Part shown: piece after piece, positions 1 to 9,383 of the stretch
How positions within the stretch are numbered: position 1 is the first letter of the stretch
How the letters are laid out: each line of letters starts with the position of its first letter
Assembly (NCBI GenBank): GCA_963695545.1
Contig: OY968796.1
Coordinates: forward strand, 1,248,001 to 1,312,000
Length of the DNA stretch: 64,000 nt
Source of the DNA: Terriglobia bacterium
GTDB lineage: Bacteria > Acidobacteriota > Terriglobia > Acidiferrales > UBA7541
Reading direction: 5' to 3'
Translations under genes and position numbers: made by a program
Notes under the pieces: generated by a model
Seen by the model: only the letters and a program-made list of their open reading frames with translations
The model's database searches: none
Told to the model about the DNA's origin: nothing

Positions 1-1620
1 ACTAACGTACAGAAGATATCCGGAGGAGTATTCGGGAAATTCCGCATCCTTAACCACAAGTTTTTTCGCGCTGGAATCGAGCGAGCCGGCCCAGATGGAC
101 GACGAATAATCCTTGCTGAACGATACGTAGAGGAAATCCCTGCCGCCCGGAAGAAAGGTCGGAAGTACCTCTCGCATTTCGCCGTCGTCGAGTTTCCCGA
201 CCGGATGTGGACTTCCACCAGAAGCGGAGATCTCGTTAAGCGAGCTGGTGCAGTCCGGTGTGAACAAAATCGTTCCGGTCTTACTCCACGCGCCGCGCAA
301 ATCGCACTGCGAATCGGCCAGAACCTGAGTATTGCCGTCGTCGAGTTCCACCGTTTCCAGTTTGTTGCCGGCGAAGAACGCAACGGATTGGCTGTCCGGC
401 GACCAAAAAGGCCCAGCCGCGCCGTCCGTGCCCGCAATCGGCTTGGCTTCGCTCGAGCCCAAGGGGCGCACCCAGAGTTTCGTAACGCCGCTCTTGTCTT
501 CGGCGGTAAACGCCAGTTGCTTTCCGTCCGGCGAGACCACCACGAGTCCCAGGTCGTAACCGAGGTCGCGGTAACTCGTATCCACCGGCGGAGGAATATA
601 CGCCAGCACCTGAGGCTGTTCTTCAGCGTGAGGCCGCGTCGCGATCCAAATTCCAAGTCCCGCCGCGACAACTGCAAAAAGAATCGCGGCCGACCACGCA
701 ATCACATTCCCGCGCGTCGTGCGCTCCGCGACCGGCGAAGCGGATTCCGTCTGCGCCGGCGCGCCAGACAAAACTTCCTCGATCGCGATGCGCGCATCGC
801 CGATCGATTGCAACCGCTGCCGCGGATCTTTTTTCAAACATCGCGCGAGAAGACTGCGAATCGCGGGCGGCGTATTCGCCGGCAGCAGCGACCAATCCGG
901 CTCCTCGCGTATCACCGCCGCCAGCGTCTCGGTGATCGATTCGCCGCTGAACGCCATCTTCCCCGTCAGCATCTCGTAAAACACGCAGCCGAACGCCCAA
1001 ATGTCCGTCCGCCGATCGACCGCCTTCCCTTTGGCCTGCTCCGGCGACATATACGCCGCCGTGCCCAAAATTATTCCCGCCTGCGTCGCCATGTGCGTGA
1101 TCGTCGGCGAGCTCGAGATGTCGCCTTGCGACGCATCCGCATCGAGCGCCTTCGCCAACCCGAAATCGAGAATCTTCACCGCGTCGTTGTTTCCGATCTT
1201 GATGTTCGCCGGCTTTAGATCGCGGTGAATAATCCCGCGCTCGTGCGCGTACTCCACGCCTTCCGCAATTTGCTTCGCGATCGGCAGCGCCTCATCAATC
1301 GGAATCGCACCACGCGCGATGCGACCCGCAAGCGTTGGCCCTTCCACCAGCTCCATCACCAACGCATGCACGTTGCCGGAATCCTCGAAGCCATAAATAG
1401 CAGCGATGTTTGGATGATTCAGCGATGCCAGCATCTTCGCTTCGCGCTGAAAGCGGGAAAGCTTCTCGGCATCCCGCGCGAATGTTTCCGGCAGCACCTT
1501 GATCGCCACGTCGCGCCCCAGCCGCGCGTCGCGCGCGCGATACACCTCGCCCATCCCGCCCGCGCCAATCGCGCCGACGATTTCGTATGGACCGAGTCTT
1601 GTTCCGGCCGAAAGTGTCAT
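1..1620 (-). CDS. Ser/Thr protein kinase with TM helix and TolB/PD40-like beta-propeller (3' end runs off window)
   Basis: Not in ORF track. ATG at 1620 reads MTLSAGTRLGPYEIVGAIGAGGMGEVYRARD, with HRDLKPAN and DFGLAK motifs, then a TM segment and SPDG/WSPD repeats; open to position 1. Confidence 0.9.
   Translation of the reverse strand, partial: MTLSAGTRLGPYEIVGAIGAGGMGEVYRARDARLGRDVAIKVLPETFARDAEKLSRFQREAKMLASLNHPNIAAIYGFEDSGNVHALVMELVEGPTLAGRIARGAIPIDEALPIAKQIAEGVEYAHERGIIHRDLKPANIKIGNNDAVKILDFGLAKALDADASQGDISSSPTITHMATQAGIILGTAAYMSPEQAKGKAVDRRTDIWAFGCVFYEMLTGKMAFSGESITETLAAVIREEPDWSLLPANTPPAIRSLLARCLKKDPRQRLQSIGDARIAIEEVLSGAPAQTESASPVAERTTRGNVIAWSAAILFAVVAAGLGIWIATRPHAEEQPQVLAYIPPPVDTSYRDLGYDLGLVVVSPDGKQLAFTAEDKSGVTKLWVRPLGSSEAKPIAGTDGAAGPFWSPDSQSVAFFAGNKLETVELDDGNTQVLADSQCDLRGAWSKTGTILFTPDCTSSLNEISASGGSPHPVGKLDDGEMREVLPTFLPGGRDFLYVSFSKDYSSSIWAGSLDSSAKKLVVKDAEFPEYSSGYLLYVS
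756..1600. repeat. Direct repeat of kinase domain, copy 1 (copy 2 ~3512-4356, offset 2756)
   Basis: By eye, 1151-1425 vs 3907-4181 differ at one position (1325/4081); flanks are more diverged. Confidence 0.9.
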
Positions 1621-1670
1621 TCCACTGCCATGCGGCGAATAATCACGAGATTGTGCGCATGCTCCACGAA

Positions 1671-4376
1671 CTATTTCTTTCTTGGGTTCGCAAATTCGGT
1701 GAACCAATTCTGGTCCACGACGATGGTTCGCGGCGGCTCTTCTCCTATTTGTTGCACCATCAAAAAGCGCTGGCCATCGCGAGAGATGTCGTACACGGAA
1801 TCGCCGAAGCCCTGCGGAGCCGCCAAGTGCTCGCTTTCGAGGGAGAAGAGTTCGACCGGTGTACCGAGATGCAGAGACGGCTGTGTCGTGACCTTCACGG
1901 CCATCAGGTTGTTGTCCGCGATGAAATACAATTCGTCGCCGCGGGGGCTCCAAACTGGAGCGCCGCCGCCATCCGCCGACACCTGCCAGCGCCCTTGGCC
2001 ACTAGGAAATTGAGTAATGTAGATTTGGGACTGTCCTGCATTCCCTTCGGTGTAGGCTGCGTACCGCTCGTCCGGCGAAATGCGAAGGTCGAATTCGTGT
2101 CCGGAAGTGTTCGGGAAGCAGACTGGCTTTCCCGTCGGCGCCGGCACTTGTCCGCCGCCGATCGATACATAGCACACCTCTCGCGAACCTGCCGCGATGC
2201 CAGTTCCTGCTTTTTCCTCCATCGTGTATGCGAGGTAATCGCCGCGCGCGGATACCTGCGGCGAGGCGCCTTGCAGCAGCTCGTGCGTTTCGCCAGAACC
2301 GTCGGCGGCTGTGAGCGAGATTGTCTCCGTAATGCCTTGGACCACGCCAAAGACAATGTGATTTCCGTCAGACGTCCAGCTGGGGGTGTAGTAGTCCCCG
2401 CCCTGAGAAGAAGCAAACAGTTGCGTTCCCACTCCGCGAGTTACGTCGTAGACCCAAAAGTTCTCATCGCCGTTGTCTTCCGGGGCGGCAACGGCGATTC
2501 GCTTTCCGTCCGGAGAGAGAGCCGGACTCGCGAGCCCCGGCTGGGGCTGTCCGATCACACCTTGAATCTTTCCATCGCGGCCTACCCAAACCATCTGACT
2601 CTGTCTCGCCGAAGCGGGCAACTCATAAATCAACGTTCCGTCGGACGAGACACTCGGAGACGTGCCCATTCCCGTTACCAGGAAAGGCTGGCCCGTAACT
2701 TCGAGTTTTGCCATCGAGAAGGGAACCGCCCATATCCCTTCGGTTGTGTCACTCTGCGAGTTTCCGTTCTCGAAGAGTATTTCTCCGGGGGGAGAGTAGA
2801 CAGGAGTAGAGGGATCCCAACCGCTCTGCTCGAACACTGTTTTGCGCCTGCCGTTCGTAAGAACTTCGATGCTCCTAGCCCCCGTGATGTGATGCACCGG
2901 ATAAATCAAATCGAGATCGCCCTGGAGTAGGTCCAATTCATGGAAGTCCACTTCTGTGCTTCGGTTGAGAAGTCCCAAATCTGTCGTATCCCCGCCTTGC
3001 GCGGAAACCTCATGCATGTCGCCCCGCCATGCGGAAAAAAAGATTTGATTGTCCGCGCCCCATGCGGCGCCCAGAATCGGCCCTGACAAGGTGCAAATTC
3101 CCGTCGGAGAGCCACCGGCAACGGGGATCCGCCAGAGTGTTCCTTGATCCGCGAAGCCGACTGATTCGCTGTCGGGCGACCAGAAGATAGGAGTCCCCAG
3201 AGAAGTGGGTGTGAGGGAGTACAGTTTGCGCTCGCCCAATTGGTCGAGTTCGCGGACGAATAGCTCATTCGCAGCCACGTACGCGATCTTCCGGCCGTCT
3301 GGAGAAATCTGGGGATGTGAAACCCAGCCCGCCGCCAACTTCTCCACGTTGATCTCGAATTTTCGCAACGGCGGTCCGGGAGAGGCTGGCTGGAAGAACG
3401 CGAGAGCAATGGCTGCCAGCACGGCGACGGCCGCAACAACCCAGGGTAACGCGCGACGCCAGAGCGGCGCCCAAACGCCTGCGGCAGTGGCAGCGGACAC
3501 TTGCGAATCACCCGGCGCGCCCGAGAGAATTTCATCAATCGCGATGCGCGCGTCGCCAATCGACTGCAGCCGCTGCCGCGCGTCTTTTTTCAAGCATCGC
3601 GCGAGAAGATTGCGAATCGCGGACGGCGTATTCGCCGGCAGCAACGACCAATCCGGCTCCTCCCGTATCACCGCCGCCAGCGTCTCCGTGATCGATTCGC
3701 CGCCGAAGGCCATCTTCGCCGTCAGCATCTCGTAAAACACGCAGCCGAACGCCCAAATGTCCGTGCGCCGATCGACCACCTTGCCCTTGGCCTGCTCCGG
3801 CGACATATACGCCGCCGTGCCCAAAATTATTCCCGCCTGCGTCGCCATGTGCGTGATCGTCGGCGAATTCGACATGTCGCCTTGCGAAGCATCCACATCC
3901 AGCGCTTTCGCCAACCCGAAATCGAGAATCTTCACCGCGTCGTTGTTTCCGATCTTGATGTTCGCCGGCTTTAGATCGCGGTGAATAATCCCGCGCTCGT
4001 GCGCGTACTCCACGCCTTCCGCAATTTGCTTCGCGATCGGCAGCGCCTCATCAATCGGAATCGCACCACGCGCGATGCGATCCGCAAGCGTTGGCCCTTC
4101 CACCAGCTCCATCACCAACGCATGCACGTTGCCGGAATCCTCGAAGCCATAAATAGCAGCGATGTTTGGATGATTCAGCGAAGCCAGCATCTTCGCTTCG
4201 CGCTGAAAGCGAGAGAGCTTCTCGGCGTCGCGCGCGAATGTTTCCGGCAGCACTTTCACCGCAACGTCGCGCCCCAGCCGCGCGTCGCGCGCGCGATACA
4301 CTTCTCCCATCCCGCCCGCGCCAATCGCGCCGAGGATTTCATAGGGACCGAGTTGAGTGCCTTTGGAAAGCGGCAT
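1671..4376 (-). CDS. Ser/Thr protein kinase with TM helix and TolB/PD40-like beta-propeller
   Basis: 901 aa; GAGGMGEVY, HRDLKPAN, DFG, YMSPE motifs; C-terminal SPDG/WSPD repeats. Confidence 0.95.
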   Translation of the reverse strand: MPLSKGTQLGPYEILGAIGAGGMGEVYRARDARLGRDVAVKVLPETFARDAEKLSRFQREAKMLASLNHPNIAAIYGFEDSGNVHALVMELVEGPTLADRIARGAIPIDEALPIAKQIAEGVEYAHERGIIHRDLKPANIKIGNNDAVKILDFGLAKALDVDASQGDMSNSPTITHMATQAGIILGTAAYMSPEQAKGKVVDRRTDIWAFGCVFYEMLTAKMAFGGESITETLAAVIREEPDWSLLPANTPSAIRNLLARCLKKDARQRLQSIGDARIAIDEILSGAPGDSQVSAATAAGVWAPLWRRALPWVVAAVAVLAAIALAFFQPASPGPPLRKFEINVEKLAAGWVSHPQISPDGRKIAYVAANELFVRELDQLGERKLYSLTPTSLGTPIFWSPDSESVGFADQGTLWRIPVAGGSPTGICTLSGPILGAAWGADNQIFFSAWRGDMHEVSAQGGDTTDLGLLNRSTEVDFHELDLLQGDLDLIYPVHHITGARSIEVLTNGRRKTVFEQSGWDPSTPVYSPPGEILFENGNSQSDTTEGIWAVPFSMAKLEVTGQPFLVTGMGTSPSVSSDGTLIYELPASARQSQMVWVGRDGKIQGVIGQPQPGLASPALSPDGKRIAVAAPEDNGDENFWVYDVTRGVGTQLFASSQGGDYYTPSWTSDGNHIVFGVVQGITETISLTAADGSGETHELLQGASPQVSARGDYLAYTMEEKAGTGIAAGSREVCYVSIGGGQVPAPTGKPVCFPNTSGHEFDLRISPDERYAAYTEGNAGQSQIYITQFPSGQGRWQVSADGGGAPVWSPRGDELYFIADNNLMAVKVTTQPSLHLGTPVELFSLESEHLAAPQGFGDSVYDISRDGQRFLMVQQIGEEPPRTIVVDQNWFTEFANPRKK

Positions 4377-4387
4377 GAGTACAGCGA

Positions 4388-5848
4388 CTATACTAATATT
4401 CGGTACGGTTTTCTCGGTAGCGGATTCAGATTCGTCTCAGCGCAAAGCATCACAGCAGCGCGCCGCGCTCTGCCGCGCGCCGCGACTCCCATTTCAGCGC
4501 GCGATACACCGGATAGCTCGCCGCGAGCACGACAAAAGTCCAGCGGCGTGTTCTGCCGATCGCTCGCGAGCGCTCCCACTAAAAACACCACCGAAGCCGC
4601 CAGCGCGATCGACGTGGTCCACGGATATCCCCACGCGCGATGCGGACGCTCCGCATCCGGCATGCGCCGCCGCAGCACAAATAGCGACACGAACGACAGC
4701 GCGTAATCGGCCACAAAAAACGACGCCAGAATCGCCGCCACACGCTCGAAGCTGAACATCGCGAAGCACAGGCCCACCGCGGTTGAAAGCCAGAGCGAGG
4801 GCGCCGGAATTCCGCCGCGATTTACGCGCGCAAACAGCGGAAAGAAAAGCGCGTCGCGGCTCATGGCATAGAGCGCTCGAGAGGTCGCCAGCTCCATCGC
4901 GTTCACGCTGCTCAGCAGACCCACCACGACCACGACGCGGACGAAGTTGTTGCCCGCGGCGCCCAGCACGCGTCGCGCGGCAATCCCCATCGCAAAATCG
5001 CTGCCGGCAAATTCCCGCACCGAAACCAGATGCACCACCGCTGCGTTCACCAGGAAATAAATCGCGAGCACGGAAAACACCGTGCCGAAAATCGCGCGCG
5101 GAATATCGCGCCCCGGATTGTGCACTTCACCGCCGAAGTACACCACCCCGTACCAGCCGTCGTAGGTGTAGATCACCGCCTGCAGCGCAAGAATGAACGC
5201 CACAAACAGCGGCCATCCCACCGGCACCGCGGCGCGCGAGGCCACGGCCGTCACCGGCGTCGCGTGGCGCGAGAAACAAACCACCACCACCGCCAGAAAC
5301 AGCGCGGCCTTTACGATCGACGTCAGGTCTTGAACGCCGCTGCCCACATGCATGCTTTTCCATTGCAGCAGCGCAAAAAGCAGAATCACGCCCGCGGCCA
5401 GCGCCCGTACGTGGCCATGCGCCGCCGGCACCAAATCGCTGGTGTATTCCCCGAAAACGATGGCCACGGCGGCAAAGCTCCCGGCCGTCGAAATCCAATC
5501 GCTCCAGCCGACGATGAATCCCGCGTAATCGCCCAGCGCGGCCCGCGCGAAATTGTATTGCCCGCCGCTCTTCGGCAATAGCGCGCCCAGCTCGGCGAAC
5601 TGCAGCGCCCCCAGCGTCATATAGACTCCGCCGGTGGCCCACGCCGCAAAGTACAGCCACGTCGAAGGCAGAAAGCCGGCGATCTCGCCGGGCGCGCGCA
5701 CGATTCCCGCGCCAATCGTATTGCCGATGGCCACCGCGATTCCAAATCCGATTCCCAGAGTGGTGATCAGCCGCCCGCGCCCGGCAAGTACGGCGCTGCC
5801 GGTCTGCGCGGGGCGCATTGGTTTACCCGAACTGGATTCTGTGGCCAA
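4388..5848 (-). CDS. APC-family amino acid permease (probable +1 frameshift near 4545 alters the C-terminus)
   Basis: GNTIGAGI, AELGALLPKSGGQY, YDGW, EVHNPGRDIPRA motifs; last TM helix (WTFVVLAASYPVYR) lies in another frame. Confidence 0.85.
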   Translation of the reverse strand: MATESSSGKPMRPAQTGSAVLAGRGRLITTLGIGFGIAVAIGNTIGAGIVRAPGEIAGFLPSTWLYFAAWATGGVYMTLGALQFAELGALLPKSGGQYNFARAALGDYAGFIVGWSDWISTAGSFAAVAIVFGEYTSDLVPAAHGHVRALAAGVILLFALLQWKSMHVGSGVQDLTSIVKAALFLAVVVVCFSRHATPVTAVASRAAVPVGWPLFVAFILALQAVIYTYDGWYGVVYFGGEVHNPGRDIPRAIFGTVFSVLAIYFLVNAAVVHLVSVREFAGSDFAMGIAARRVLGAAGNNFVRVVVVVGLLSSVNAMELATSRALYAMSRDALFFPLFARVNRGGIPAPSLWLSTAVGLCFAMFSFERVAAILASFFVADYALSFVSLFVLRRRMPDAERPHRAWGYPWTTSIALAASVVFLVGALASDRQNTPLDFCRARGELSGVSRAEMGVAARGRARRAAVMLCAETNLNPLPRKPYRILV

Positions 5849-6088
5849 GAAAATCCCGTCGCCTCGAGCGCGCTTAGATGAAATGAAAATCCATCATAGC
5901 CGAGCACTCTATCGGCGCAAGCGGAAGTTGACGAACGCATTCGGTTCGCCACAAGGATGCCCCACAAGTCGTGTTTACGTGTGGGGTTCGCACTCCGTTG
6001 TCATCGCTCACTGAACTTCGGTATGTTTCGGCTTCACGCGAAGTTTTCGCTGGCCCGCGCGGAGCGCATTGCTCTAATCAGCGCTTCC

Positions 6089-6589
6089 TCAGTGTTTCCA
6101 CAAATGGACTACGTTTCCATTCGCGGACTTCAGATCCCCGGGCTGCATGCCCGCCGGGCAAGCGCCGATATATTTCTGGTCCTGGATCATCGTCGTGTCG
6201 GTTATGCCGGACATTGCAGGAGTGTAGGTGCTATGGCTCTCGGAATGCGTCGCCGTATCGCCGGTGTAGGTGACCGTTCCCTTGCTCTCGATCGTGGTGC
6301 CTCCAACCGTGCACTTCATGTCCATCGTGTATTTGCCACCCTCGTAGCTATCGTTGGCCGGGCTGCAACCCTTCACGTTTTTCGCTAGGGAATTCGAGTA
6401 TTGGTCGTAAGCGTGATTCCGGCAGATCGTTGACGAGGACTCGCTCTTCACGTTCCCCGGATTGTCGGTCGTCTCGGTATGGATCGACCACAGCCCCTCC
6501 TTCACATCCGGCGGAGTGCCTGCCGCCATAGCAATCCCGATCGGCACCGAGAGCGCTGCCACATAGATCAGCACCTTCGTAATCTTCAT
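6089..6589 (-). CDS. Exported protein, DUF3617-like
   Basis: ATG at 6589 with GGAGG RBS; signal peptide MKITKVLIYVAALSVPIG; KEGLWSI motif, Cys pairs, YIGAC near C-terminus. Confidence 0.7.
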   Translation of the reverse strand: MKITKVLIYVAALSVPIGIAMAAGTPPDVKEGLWSIHTETTDNPGNVKSESSSTICRNHAYDQYSNSLAKNVKGCSPANDSYEGGKYTMDMKCTVGGTTIESKGTVTYTGDTATHSESHSTYTPAMSGITDTTMIQDQKYIGACPAGMQPGDLKSANGNVVHLWKH

Positions 6590-6748
6590 CGTAATCCTCC
6601 GTTGTTTCGTTCGCCGTGCGGTCGCCGCGCGCGCAATCGCCAGTGTATCTCTCGCGCCAGTGTATCCCCTCGCGTGAAACATTTGTGGGATATGAGCGAG
6701 CGCGGTCGAAACGCGCGCCTCACGCGTGGAGTGCGATAATCTCACCCG

Positions 6749-7120
6749 ATGAATTTCTATCACGCGCTCGCCATCGCCGTTCTCACGTTGCACCTCGCGT
6801 GGTGCGCGTGGGTCGTCTTCGGCTGGCTCTTCACGCGCGGACGCCCCGTCCTCCGCTGGGCGCACATCCTTTCGCTCTTCTATTCCATTTTTATCGAGAT
6901 CGCGCCCGTTCCCTGCCCGCTCACGCTCGCCGAACAATGGTGCGAACGCCGCGCCGGGATCACACCGTACACGCAACCGTTCCTGGTCCATTATCTCGAG
7001 GCCACGATTTATCCGAACGTTCCGCTCCTAGTGCTCCTCCCCACCGCCGTCGCACTGTGCCTGTTCCTTCTCGGCGTCTACGTCCGCCGCTTCCTTCGCC
7101 GCAGCGGCGCGAGTTGGTAA
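6749..7120 (+). CDS. Small membrane protein, DUF2784-like
   Basis: 123 aa hydrophobic; HLAW, AHI, CPLTLAEQW, FLVHYL motifs. Confidence 0.75.
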   Translation: MNFYHALAIAVLTLHLAWCAWVVFGWLFTRGRPVLRWAHILSLFYSIFIEIAPVPCPLTLAEQWCERRAGITPYTQPFLVHYLEATIYPNVPLLVLLPTAVALCLFLLGVYVRRFLRRSGASW

Positions 7121-7228
7121 CATCCGCCTGATTCTCGAAGCAGCAGCTGATCGTCATGCCACCCACGGCGACGGTTCCTACCGCCAAGGGGCCTGGATCG
7201 CCAGTTCACGAGTACAATACACATCCCT

Positions 7229-9211
7229 ATGACCGAACACTCTAATGCTCGACGAAAAGGGATCTTCTTGAAAAAAATATCCTCGTTACTGATTCTTCTC
7301 GCGCTGATGACGGGTTTGCTTCCCGCGCTTTTGCATGCGCAGGCGTCAGCTCAGCCAGCCGCCGCCGCGGACGACACCGCCCGCCGCGATGCCGCCGATC
7401 TCGTGCAGTTCGAGCGCAAAGCAACCCTCGCCAAGGAACTCGGCGCGACCGACGCGCTGGTCACCGAAGGACTTCCTCTCGCCACCTGGGAAATGGATGC
7501 AACCGATCCGTATCCCATGTGGTTCGTGCACCACGCCGGCCTGCTGATAATTTTCCCGCCCAAGGACGTCCAGCCCTACGTGGACATGAAGTACGCCGCG
7601 CGCGTCCAAGCGATATTGGAAAAGCGCTGCGCAATCCTCGCGAAGCTTGGCCTGAAAGCCGTGTGGAACGCGAATGAACCCGCCGTGATGCCCGAAGCTT
7701 TTTTCACCGCGTATCCTCAACTGCGCGGCCCGCGCATCGACCAGCCCAACCGCTCGCGCAAAGCCTACTTCGCGCCCAGCGTCGACGAGCCCGATACGCT
7801 GCGCATGTACCGCGATTCCATACAGCTCCTGCTCAAAGCCTGCCCCGAGGTCGAACAATTCAATTGGGTCACCACCGACGCCGGCTCCGGCTTCGATTGG
7901 TCTCCGTCGCTTTATCCCGGCATCAACGGCAACAGCAATTATAAAGATCGCCCCATGGCCGATCGAGTCTCCGGCTTCCTGATCAACGCTCAACAAGCCG
8001 CCAAGGATGCCGGCCACGATATCGAAATCAATCTCACTCCGATCGCCGCGCGCCAGTGGATGATCCCCACTTTTTCGCCCGACGTGCTCCGCGACATTAT
8101 CCGCGAGCTGCCGCGCGGCCTCGCAGTTCAAGGCCGCGAAGGCCCCGATGGCCGCCCGTTCCAAGGCGTCGCCACAATCGGTGGAGGAGGAGGCGCGGCG
8201 TTTTATCCCGTAGTCGGCATCGTCGTGCCGTCGATCGAGCCCGCAGGCGGTGGCGCCGCCGGCATGAGTGCTGGAGCCGGAACGAGTGGTGGAGGCGCGG
8301 GAGCAGCTCCTGCACGTTTCATGATTAATTTCGGTGACGACGCGTCCGTCGACTTTAACTATCGCTTTCTGAAATTCACGCGTTCGGCTCCGATGCGCAC
8401 GCTCGCCGACCGCGTCGCGACACTCCGCGCCTTCGCCGTCACCGAAGTCGGCGAGGACCAAGCCGACAATTTGATGGAAGTCTGGAGCGCGCTCAATAAC
8501 GCCGAGCACAATTTGGAAATCCTCGACTTCGGCGGAATGCTGCGCTTCGGCGACGTGCTCAACCGCTGGATCACGCGCCCCATGGTTCCGTATCCCGAAG
8601 AGCTGACCGCCGCAGAGAAAAAAGATTACGCCCAGTTTATTTTCCAGGCCAAAGGCGACGAGCAAGCCGCCGACCTGGTCGATATCCAAGCCATGCGCGA
8701 GTACGAGGGCTGGGGCGCCAAACTCCTCTTCCAGCGCACCATCGAATTGACCGTCCCACGCATTCGCCGCGCCGTAACTCTCGTCAACGCCATTTCCGCC
8801 GCCGCAAAAGACGACGCCTCTCGCGCGCAGTGGGATCTCACGGCCAAGCGCCTGCAAGCCGTCATCTATCTCCTGCAGTCCGCCGACAACATGGTCGCCT
8901 ATCAAGCCCAACTCGATCGCGTAAAAAGTTTGGGCGCGAAACCCGAGCCCAATCCGGTTCTCGGCACGCAATCCAGTTGGGATCGCACCGACCTGATGGA
9001 AACCGCGCGCAAAGAAATCGACACCATGGTGAACCTCAACCTACTGCTCGCCAGCACCAGCGAACCAATCCTCGATCTCGCCCCCACGCCCGGCGAAGAA
9101 TCCATCATGCGCCTCGGCCCAAACATATCGGCGCAGATCACGCGCAAGATCGACATCATGAACGCCCACTGGCGCGATTACGACCGCCTCTTCACAGTCC
9201 CGAATCCATAA
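7229..9211 (+). CDS. Large secreted hypothetical protein (possibly carbohydrate-active)
   Basis: 660-aa ORF with signal peptide and typical codon use; upstream of a glycoside hydrolase; no family recognised. Confidence 0.75.
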   Translation: MTEHSNARRKGIFLKKISSLLILLALMTGLLPALLHAQASAQPAAAADDTARRDAADLVQFERKATLAKELGATDALVTEGLPLATWEMDATDPYPMWFVHHAGLLIIFPPKDVQPYVDMKYAARVQAILEKRCAILAKLGLKAVWNANEPAVMPEAFFTAYPQLRGPRIDQPNRSRKAYFAPSVDEPDTLRMYRDSIQLLLKACPEVEQFNWVTTDAGSGFDWSPSLYPGINGNSNYKDRPMADRVSGFLINAQQAAKDAGHDIEINLTPIAARQWMIPTFSPDVLRDIIRELPRGLAVQGREGPDGRPFQGVATIGGGGGAAFYPVVGIVVPSIEPAGGGAAGMSAGAGTSGGGAGAAPARFMINFGDDASVDFNYRFLKFTRSAPMRTLADRVATLRAFAVTEVGEDQADNLMEVWSALNNAEHNLEILDFGGMLRFGDVLNRWITRPMVPYPEELTAAEKKDYAQFIFQAKGDEQAADLVDIQAMREYEGWGAKLLFQRTIELTVPRIRRAVTLVNAISAAAKDDASRAQWDLTAKRLQAVIYLLQSADNMVAYQAQLDRVKSLGAKPEPNPVLGTQSSWDRTDLMETARKEIDTMVNLNLLLASTSEPILDLAPTPGEESIMRLGPNISAQITRKIDIMNAHWRDYDRLFTVPNP

Positions 9212-9232
9212 GCCGGTCGCGTCGGCGCCTGC

Positions 9233-9373
9233 CCTGACGCTGACGCCTGCTACAAGCCCTATGCCGTGTTTTCCCACGGGAGATGGATGCTGTGGTACAA
9301 CGGTCGCAACGCGCACCTCGAGCAGATCGGCCTCGCCACTCGAAATGGCCCGTCGCTCGGTTTTGACGGCTAG
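9233..9373 (+). pseudogene. C-terminal remnant of a beta-propeller glycosidase-like gene
   Basis: Frame reads PDADACYKPYAVFSHGRWMLWYNGRNAHLEQIGLATRNGPSLGFDG*; stop 10 nt before the next ATG; no N-terminal part. Confidence 0.6.
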
Positions 9374-9383
9374 AGTGCAATTT

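Noticed and set aside
756..4356. Kinase repeat as a diversity-generating retroelement template/variable pair
   Set aside because: Both copies are coding catalytic domains, differences are not adenine-specific, and no reverse transcriptase is present
6666..6681. Third parS site (CCCCTCGCGTGAAACA)
   Set aside because: Only one half-site matches
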